A stretch of DNA of 64,000 nt, from contig LBOW01000001.1 in the NCBI GenBank assembly GCA_000989765.1, positions 47,660 through 111,659 on the forward strand, read 5' to 3'. The notes beneath the pieces are model-generated. The model worked only from the letters and a program-made list of their open reading frames with translations, was not told the DNA's origin and searched no databases. The position numbers and the translations under genes are program-made. The DNA comes from Candidatus Woesebacteria bacterium GW2011_GWB1_33_22. GTDB lineage: Bacteria; Patescibacteriota; Microgenomatia; UBA8517. This document shows, piece by piece, positions 57,922-64,000 of this stretch. Each line of letters opens with the position of its first letter. Within the stretch, counting starts at the first letter, position 1.

Positions 57922-59424
57922 TTATTTTTCTAATTCCAGATTATCATAAATCCTAGAAAGGACAACTCCATGCCAATCGTTTATATAAATTGGTTTTTTA
58001 TTATTAAAATAAATTATTTCTTCCAAATTTGGGCTTAATAATTTCATTGATTCTTCAACAATTACAAACCTTTCTGTTTTCCAATCTGTTGAAATAGTAA
58101 CATTTGTGTAGTAAGGCAAAGTACTTTTACTACATCCCAAGTATGCAACAGATTTGATATCAGGGTATTTATTTATGAGATTTAAAATTGAAGATCGTGC
58201 TCCCATACATAAACCTATTACTTCATTAGATTGTACAATTTTAGGTCCTCCAGAAAATATGTTTCTATAAATATAGTAATTGGGGAAGTAAAAAAGTGAG
58301 ACTGTAGATGAGATCGCAAATATGCTTATTATAGCTATAGTTTTATAAAACTTATGTAATTTATTTAGAAAATAATATATTGAAATTCCAGAAAATAGGT
58401 ATAACCAAGGAATAACTGGGAAGATGTATCTAATTCCAAGTTTTTTTGCTGGAATAGAAAGTATGAGTATATATGAGATTACAAATAACGGAATAATAAT
58501 AGTTAATAACTTTTTGTTCTTTAATATCTTTTTTTTAACAAATATCGGGTAAAAAAGTAGTGAGCTAATTATTATTATGGGTAATCTAGTTAAGATCTGT
58601 TGTACATAGTAATAAAAAGGTGGATTACTTGTTATTTTCCCATTAAAAAAAGTTATAAAAGAGTTATTTGATAATTGAAATTGGTTAAAAATATATGAAT
58701 ACATATCAATTATAATATTTCCTTCCTGCCCAAGCCAAAGTAATTTTGCAAAAACTAAAAAGCAAAAAAAAGTAATTATTGTTTTGTACTGTTTAGATAA
58801 AAAAAGAGGAATAAATAAGATTAAACCAGTAGGTTTAGTTAAAAAGGCAAGACTTATAAATATCGATGAGACAATAATAGATATTTTTATATTTTTTATT
58901 AAAAAAAAGCTTGATATTGCTAAAAACATCCAAATAGTAAGCGGATAGTCAACAAGTAACCACCTGGATAATGCGATCGATGTAGGATCAATTGATAAAA
59001 GAAGACTGGCAAGTAGTGCAATATATTTATTATTGGTTATCCTTTTTGTTATGAAATAAAAAATTGCTATAAAAATAGAAGTTAAAAATACAATCGGAAT
59101 TCTGGCGGCAATGAAGTCGCTAAATAATTCAAGTGAATAATGTGTTGGTTGACCCTTAGCTAATAAGAATATTGATGCACCAGATATAATAGTTTGTGGC
59201 AAATTAATAGCTTCTGTATCGGTATCTTTTGTCCACCATGCTGACTTGAAATAGTCAAAATTATTAGTTTTAATTGCTAAAAATGCCTCTCTACTTCTGA
59301 CTGTCCAAGTGATTTCATCGGGATATATCTCAGTTGACGTTAGATTATATGAACGAAAAAGAAGAGAAATCAAGAAAATTGCAGTAGGAAATATCACATT
59401 TGACAAAAGTTTTCTCTTTTTCAT
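57922..59424 (-). CDS. GT-C (PMT/ArnT-like) glycosyltransferase
   Basis: YPDE after TM1, SRWLLVD, LTKP, KLGIRY. Confidence 0.78.
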   Translation of the reverse strand: MKKRKLLSNVIFPTAIFLISLLFRSYNLTSTEIYPDEITWTVRSREAFLAIKTNNFDYFKSAWWTKDTDTEAINLPQTIISGASIFLLAKGQPTHYSLELFSDFIAARIPIVFLTSIFIAIFYFITKRITNNKYIALLASLLLSIDPTSIALSRWLLVDYPLTIWMFLAISSFFLIKNIKISIIVSSIFISLAFLTKPTGLILFIPLFLSKQYKTIITFFCFLVFAKLLWLGQEGNIIIDMYSYIFNQFQLSNNSFITFFNGKITSNPPFYYYVQQILTRLPIIIISSLLFYPIFVKKKILKNKKLLTIIIPLFVISYILILSIPAKKLGIRYIFPVIPWLYLFSGISIYYFLNKLHKFYKTIAIISIFAISSTVSLFYFPNYYIYRNIFSGGPKIVQSNEVIGLCMGARSSILNLINKYPDIKSVAYLGCSKSTLPYYTNVTISTDWKTERFVIVEESMKLLSPNLEEIIYFNNKKPIYINDWHGVVLSRIYDNLELEK

Positions 59425-59432
59425 TTAAATAA

Positions 59433-59442
59433 ATTATACTAT
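59433..59442. promoter_or_regulatory. Overlapping divergent -10 elements
   Basis: ATTATACTAT: - TATAAT 8 nt before ATG 59424; + TACTAT 9 nt before ATG 59452. Confidence 0.5.
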
Positions 59443-59451
59443 TAACTTAAG

Positions 59452-60273
59452 ATGAAGATTTGGGCACATACATTAGTTAAAAACGAGGAAAAGTTTGTAT
59501 GGTATTCAGTCATGTCAATTATTAGTCATGTGGAGAAAGTTTTACTTTGGGACACTGGGAGTACTGACAATACACCTGAAATTTTAAAAGAATTAAAAAG
59601 AAGATATCCAAATAAAATTGACCTTAATTTTTTAGGTAATGTTACAGTAGATGAATTTACTGAAATTAGACAGCAAATGTTAAATGTTACTAAATCGGAT
59701 TGGTTTATAGTTTCCGATGCTGATGAAATTTGGTGGCAGGATTCAATTGCGACATTATCAACAGCAATTCGTGATAGAGGGTTAAGTGTTGAATCAATTT
59801 ACACTCCTGCAGTTTTATTAGTAGGTGATATGTTTCATTTTCAAGAAGAACGTGCGGGAAATTATAAATTAGGGGGTCAAAAAGGCCATTTTGGACTAAA
59901 AGCCATTAATAGAAATATTTCAGGGCTTTCCTCACTAAATCCTCACGGTTCTTGGGGTTGGGTTGATGGAGATAAAAAAATGGTACAGGATAGAGATCCA
60001 CAAAAACTATTGTTTGTTAATGCACCGTTTATGCATGCTTCTTTTTTGCAAAGATCTCAGAGTAGATTGTTAGATAACAAAGTTCCCAAAAGGAAAAAAA
60101 AGTATAAATTTGAATTTGGTGATAGGTTTCCATTGGACTATTTCTATCCTGAAGTTTTTTTTCAACCAAGGCCAGATTTTGTTGATAGTGTTTGGCAAAC
60201 AACAAATTTTGGCTTTAAATTTAAAGCTTTTTTTCAAACACCATTTAAAAAGATTAAAAGAAGACTAATATGA
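59452..60273 (+). CDS. GT2 glycosyltransferase
   Basis: VKNEE, DTGSTD, DADE. Confidence 0.85.
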   Translation: MKIWAHTLVKNEEKFVWYSVMSIISHVEKVLLWDTGSTDNTPEILKELKRRYPNKIDLNFLGNVTVDEFTEIRQQMLNVTKSDWFIVSDADEIWWQDSIATLSTAIRDRGLSVESIYTPAVLLVGDMFHFQEERAGNYKLGGQKGHFGLKAINRNISGLSSLNPHGSWGWVDGDKKMVQDRDPQKLLFVNAPFMHASFLQRSQSRLLDNKVPKRKKKYKFEFGDRFPLDYFYPEVFFQPRPDFVDSVWQTTNFGFKFKAFFQTPFKKIKRRLI

Positions 60274-60953
60274 ATAAGACCAATTATAAAAAATACCACA
60301 GAGATGACACATATTTGGAAAATGAAAGTCTTTTTAGGAATATTTTTCAAAAAAGATATACCTTAATTTCAAAATATATCGAAAGTCCTTCAAAAGTATT
60401 AGATATTGGTTGCTCAAATGGGGTATTTTTAGATTTGTATATGGAGAGTGAAACTTGGGGGGTAGAGCCTTCACAAAATGCTCATAAAATAAATAAAAAA
60501 CATAAAGTTATTAATTCAACTTTTGAGATAGCAAAACTGCCATTAAATTATTTTGACTTGGTAATAATGAATCACACACTGGAACATCTAAAAAGACCAA
60601 GTGATGTTTTAACAAAGATTAAATCATTACTTAAAAAAGACGGCATAGTATTTATAGATGTGCCTAATGTCGGGAGTTTATCCTCCAAAATTTTGGGCAA
60701 TAAATGGCCATATTTATTGCCAGAGGAACATCTTTGGCAATTTGATAAAAAAAGTATTACTAAACTTACTAAAGATGCTGGATTTGAAGTTCTTCATTGG
60801 GAATCAAGATCCGGAATTTTTGAATATACAAATCCTTTTCTGGAATTAAAAAGGAAGAGATTTTTAATTGATATTTTAACTATTCCTTATGCTTTAATTG
60901 CTACCATTTTTAATATGGGGGATAGTATGAGTATCGTTGCAATGAAACAATGA
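60270..60953 (+). CDS. Class I SAM-methyltransferase
   Basis: VLDIGCSNG, NHTLEHL, DVPN, EHLWQF. Confidence 0.85.
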   Translation: MNKTNYKKYHRDDTYLENESLFRNIFQKRYTLISKYIESPSKVLDIGCSNGVFLDLYMESETWGVEPSQNAHKINKKHKVINSTFEIAKLPLNYFDLVIMNHTLEHLKRPSDVLTKIKSLLKKDGIVFIDVPNVGSLSSKILGNKWPYLLPEEHLWQFDKKSITKLTKDAGFEVLHWESRSGIFEYTNPFLELKRKRFLIDILTIPYALIATIFNMGDSMSIVAMKQ

Positions 60954-61171
60954 AAAAAGTAAAAAAATGCGATTTTCAAATAGAAGGTGAATGGGGGAGC
61001 AGACATCAGTTATGTTCTTGTGTAGGAAAGGAAGGTGAAGAAGGTAACTGTTTAAAACAACAAATCGCTGAAGGTAAAGTTAAGTTAGTTAAAGGACATG
61101 GTCCATACGATGAAGTGTGCGAAGGCCGTTGTTTACAAGAACAAATTAAACGAAGAACTCAGGAAGGTTAA
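60950..61171 (+). CDS. Small Cys-rich hypothetical protein
   Basis: 73 aa, 6 Cys, ATGA coupling to upstream gene. Confidence 0.5.
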   Translation: MKKVKKCDFQIEGEWGSRHQLCSCVGKEGEEGNCLKQQIAEGKVKLVKGHGPYDEVCEGRCLQEQIKRRTQEG

Positions 61172-61743
61172 TCATAAGTTTATCTATGGTTGAAAACAAT
61201 ATTGTATTTATATTTAATTTTTTAGCTGATTCAATATTATTATCTTGATTATCAATAAATAACATTTCCCTCGGTTTAATTTTAAGATCATCTAATACAT
61301 ATTTAAAAATTCTCGAATTTGGCTTTGAAATTCCAAGTTGTGAAGAACAATAAAGTTTGTCAAATATTCTTTCTAATTTAAATTTTTGAATTTTTGACAA
61401 ATAAATATCATCAGAATCATTAGCTATCATTACTATTTTATAATTTTTAATTAATTTTTTAATTATATTTAATAGTTTTTTGTCTATCCATATCGCTTCA
61501 TAATATTTGTTACTTAAAATAACTGGATTTATTTTTTTGAGAGATATTTTTGATACTTCAACCCAAAATTGTTTCATCGTTTTTACCCCAATCTTTAATT
61601 CGGGCCAATGATCCTCAAAAATTTTTTGAAGAATGATCTTTGTCAAAACCTGTTAATTTGAGGATATTTTTAAAAGTATTATTCCAGTCATTAGCATCAG
61701 GACCTAGTACTCCACCAAAATCAAAAGCAATAACTTTTATCAT
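61146..61743 (-). pseudogene. HAD-family phosphatase (YihX-like) split by a +1 frameshift
   Basis: ATG 61743 gives MIKVIAFDFGGVLGPD...TGF then an early TGA; remainder (LTKIILQK...SKP...FIDN) is in another frame; extra base in run 61645-61648. Confidence 0.75.
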
Positions 61744-61766
61744 TTTGATGTTAAATTATACTATAA

Positions 61767-63440
61767 TTAATATTTAAATGGTTCGTATTTAAAATCGACA
61801 AATTTAGTATCATTTTTTATATTTACTTGTCTTGTTTTTTCTGTTGTTTCAAGTACTTTAGTTTTTTCTTTGCCATTTAAATAAGCATTCCAATTTGGAT
61901 TATAAACTTCTGGAATTACTAGTTTGTCAGTTTCGTTTTGTATTATTACCCGTATAAAATTTGGTTTATATATTTCATAATTTGGTTTTTTATATAGTAA
62001 ATTTTCATAAATATCATAATTATCAATTGTTTTTACTAATTTTAGATTATCTCTGCTAATTTTATATGGAGATATTATATATTTAATACGATATTCAGCT
62101 AGAACTGGTGGATATGGCTTGAATTTTTCATGCAAATAATTTTGAAAAGGTGGAATTGATAAAGAGTATTTTTTATCCCAGTAGCCTTGTGTAATTTGTT
62201 GGCTGTATTCAAAATAATTTTTTTGCTGTAAAGTGCCATATCCTTCGACCAATTCAATATTATTAATTGCTGCGTCTTTTTGTCGAATACATTTTGTTAA
62301 ACAAAAAACACGATATATATCCACATCCTCTGTTAAGAATGCAATAATTCCAGGTGGTGTTGATTCTACAAGTTTAATAGGCTTACTAAATATATATTTT
62401 CCTATTAATAAATATTCGATTAATGAAAGTAATCCGAACACAAGAAGTAGCTTCTTATTTTTAGAAGTCAAATAATCTAACCCTTTTGCAGCTAAATACA
62501 TAGTAATTATTATTATAGGAAACCAAAATCTAGTCGAAACTCTAAATAATATAAACCAATCAAAAGTTAAGATATTTAATGCTAAAATCGAAATGGTAGC
62601 CACAGAAATAAAAACATAAATTTTATTTTTAGTAGTTGACTTAATATATCCCAGAGTTGCAAGTATAAATACGACGATACCAAAAGTTATATTTTTTTCT
62701 GTATCCCTAGTTGCAATAAATATATTTTTAATAAATTCTCTTTTACCATTCCAAACAGGATAAGTTTCTGGGCTCTGTAGTAAAAACTCTCTGGTAGTCA
62801 ATTCTTGCCATCTAAGTTGCGGAGTCAATATAGGTAAACTTATCAATAGCAATATTAAATGGCTAAGTAAGAACAACGAAAATGATTTTTTGTTTCTATA
62901 TAAAAAGAATACCCCATTGGTTACGAGTAAAATTAGAAAAATTAATATATGGCTGGTATAAACTAAATATAAAAAGAGTGATAAAAGAAGGATTGATTTT
63001 AAACTCTTCTTTTGAATTAGGTTTATTGTTGACCAGTAAACCCAAGGTATAAATGCCCATGATTGAATAAGACCAAGGTGTCCAGCTTCTAAATATGAAA
63101 AGAATTTTGGAGAGAGAGAAAACAATATTGCGATAATAAGACTGGTTTTTTGTGTAACACTGTTTATTTTAAGCAAGAAATACATACCAAGACCGGCAAT
63201 AATCATGTGAATTAAGATTGAAATTAAAATTCCAGTATCAATCGGAAGAAGCAAGAAAATAATATTTAGCGGGTAAATAAATAAATTTTGAGGATCAGGT
63301 AAAAGTGGTGTACCTGAAAAAAACATCTTGTTCCATAAGGGAATTCCGTCTCCAGATAACAATTGTTCTTTTATGTAATAAATTAATGGCCAGAAAAACT
63401 CAGTTAGGTCATTATTTCGATTTAGTATAAAATTAAACAT
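61767..63440 (-). CDS. YfhO-like GT-C membrane protein
   Basis: NDL..FFWP, IPLWN...SGTP, AGH, FRVSTRF, EVYNPNWNAYLNG. Confidence 0.75.
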   Translation of the reverse strand: MFNFILNRNNDLTEFFWPLIYYIKEQLLSGDGIPLWNKMFFSGTPLLPDPQNLFIYPLNIIFLLLPIDTGILISILIHMIIAGLGMYFLLKINSVTQKTSLIIAILFSLSPKFFSYLEAGHLGLIQSWAFIPWVYWSTINLIQKKSLKSILLLSLFLYLVYTSHILIFLILLVTNGVFFLYRNKKSFSLFLLSHLILLLISLPILTPQLRWQELTTREFLLQSPETYPVWNGKREFIKNIFIATRDTEKNITFGIVVFILATLGYIKSTTKNKIYVFISVATISILALNILTFDWFILFRVSTRFWFPIIIITMYLAAKGLDYLTSKNKKLLLVFGLLSLIEYLLIGKYIFSKPIKLVESTPPGIIAFLTEDVDIYRVFCLTKCIRQKDAAINNIELVEGYGTLQQKNYFEYSQQITQGYWDKKYSLSIPPFQNYLHEKFKPYPPVLAEYRIKYIISPYKISRDNLKLVKTIDNYDIYENLLYKKPNYEIYKPNFIRVIIQNETDKLVIPEVYNPNWNAYLNGKEKTKVLETTEKTRQVNIKNDTKFVDFKYEPFKY

Positions 63441-63482
63441 TTATTGCTAGAATTAATATTACCACTTACAATATTAAATAGG

Positions 63483-64000
63483 ATGAAAAAAGTTATTTTA
63501 ATTAGCCTTATTTTTATACATTTATATTTACTTTTAAACTTGAAGTTTACACCTTGGCCAGAAATGCTATCTTTCCCATATCTTTTCTCAAATGGGTTTA
63601 CTTTGTATAAAGACTTTATAATTCCATATCCTCCATTTTTAGTTATTTTATTAAGTATAATTTATAAAATATTTGGTTATAAAATATTGGTTTTGAAAAT
63701 ATTTACATGGGCTTTAATATTATTGACTGACCTATTTATTTACAAGATTGTAGATCTTGTGACAAAGAAAAAGTCTTTTGCACTCATTTCAGTTGCAGTT
63801 TTTGTTTTTATTCAGCCCTTTTTGGATGGTAATATGCTTTGGTTTGATACTTTTTTAGTATTACCTGTTTTAGTTTCAGTCTTTTTTTTGCTACAGGATA
63901 AAAATATTAACAAAAACATTTTATTAGCTGGTGTTTTTTTGGCAATTTCAATTTTTAGTAAACAAACTGCCTTAATATATCTTTTAGTTTCCACAATATT
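63483..64000 (+). CDS. GT-C (ArnT/PMT-like) glycosyltransferase, runs off window end
   Basis: Manual translation MKKVILISLIFIHLYLLLNLKFTPWPEM...LYKDFIIPYPP...LWFD...FSKQ; open to 64000. Confidence 0.7.
   Translation, partial: MKKVILISLIFIHLYLLLNLKFTPWPEMLSFPYLFSNGFTLYKDFIIPYPPFLVILLSIIYKIFGYKILVLKIFTWALILLTDLFIYKIVDLVTKKKSFALISVAVFVFIQPFLDGNMLWFDTFLVLPVLVSVFFLLQDKNINKNILLAGVFLAISIFSKQTALIYLLVSTI

Noticed and set aside
3200-63994. Numerous 60-156 aa ORFs antisense to or nested in long genes (e.g. 3200, 8216, 19594, 23574, 25622, 44462, 47965, 56923, 63812)
   Set aside because: Shadow ORFs overlapping well-supported genes, with no motifs; 63812 lies opposite the partial GT-C at 63483
1-64000. 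CRISPR array, tRNA/rRNA, integrase/transposase, integron attC sites
   Set aside because: No repeat-spacer arrays, RNA-gene signatures or mobility genes seen; intergenic gaps are too short, and orphan-gene borders share no repeat I could detect
1-64000. Alternative genetic code (TGA recoding as in some CPR lineages)
   Set aside because: Long intact ORFs under code 11, TGA used as stop in ATGA overlaps, Trp encoded by TGG

Overview
AT-rich, gene-dense window (standard code 11) almost entirely occupied by one very large cell-surface glycosylation island (about 1.4 kb to beyond 64 kb). My count from the translations: 14 polytopic GT-C-fold (lipid-phosphate-sugar-dependent) glycosyltransferases, several with C-terminal discoidin/CBM-like domains; 8 GT2 domains, 5 resembling polyprenol-phosphate-sugar synthases; 3 GT4; 2 Wzx/MOP flippases; 3 DegT aminotransferases; epimerases, Fcl and a WbpB/WbpD/WbpE-like set. 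Tailoring enzymes include 6 SAM-methyltransferase genes, 3 LbH acyltransferase domains, a NodU/CmcH carbamoyltransferase and an AsnB-type amidotransferase. I recognise no Wzy/Wzz or initiating phosphoglycosyl transferase. I saw no Shine-Dalgarno motifs; many genes have a -10 box 6-10 nt before the start codon (leaderless), and there are DUF5667-like proteins and interspersed orphans. This suggests a Patescibacteria/CPR (Microgenomates-like) genome, which is inference only. Best leads: (i) the GT-C-dominated extracytoplasmic glycan assembly line, with candidate secreted acceptors and small membrane accessory proteins (one unannotated 51-aa ORF); (ii) a RelE/BECR-like orphan facing a convergent ~60-nt structured RNA with its own -10; (iii) symmetric bidirectional -10 promoters; (iv) a palindrome plus heptamer array inside a GT4; (v) enzyme fusions and a frameshifted HAD gene. 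Family calls come from motif recognition, not database searches.
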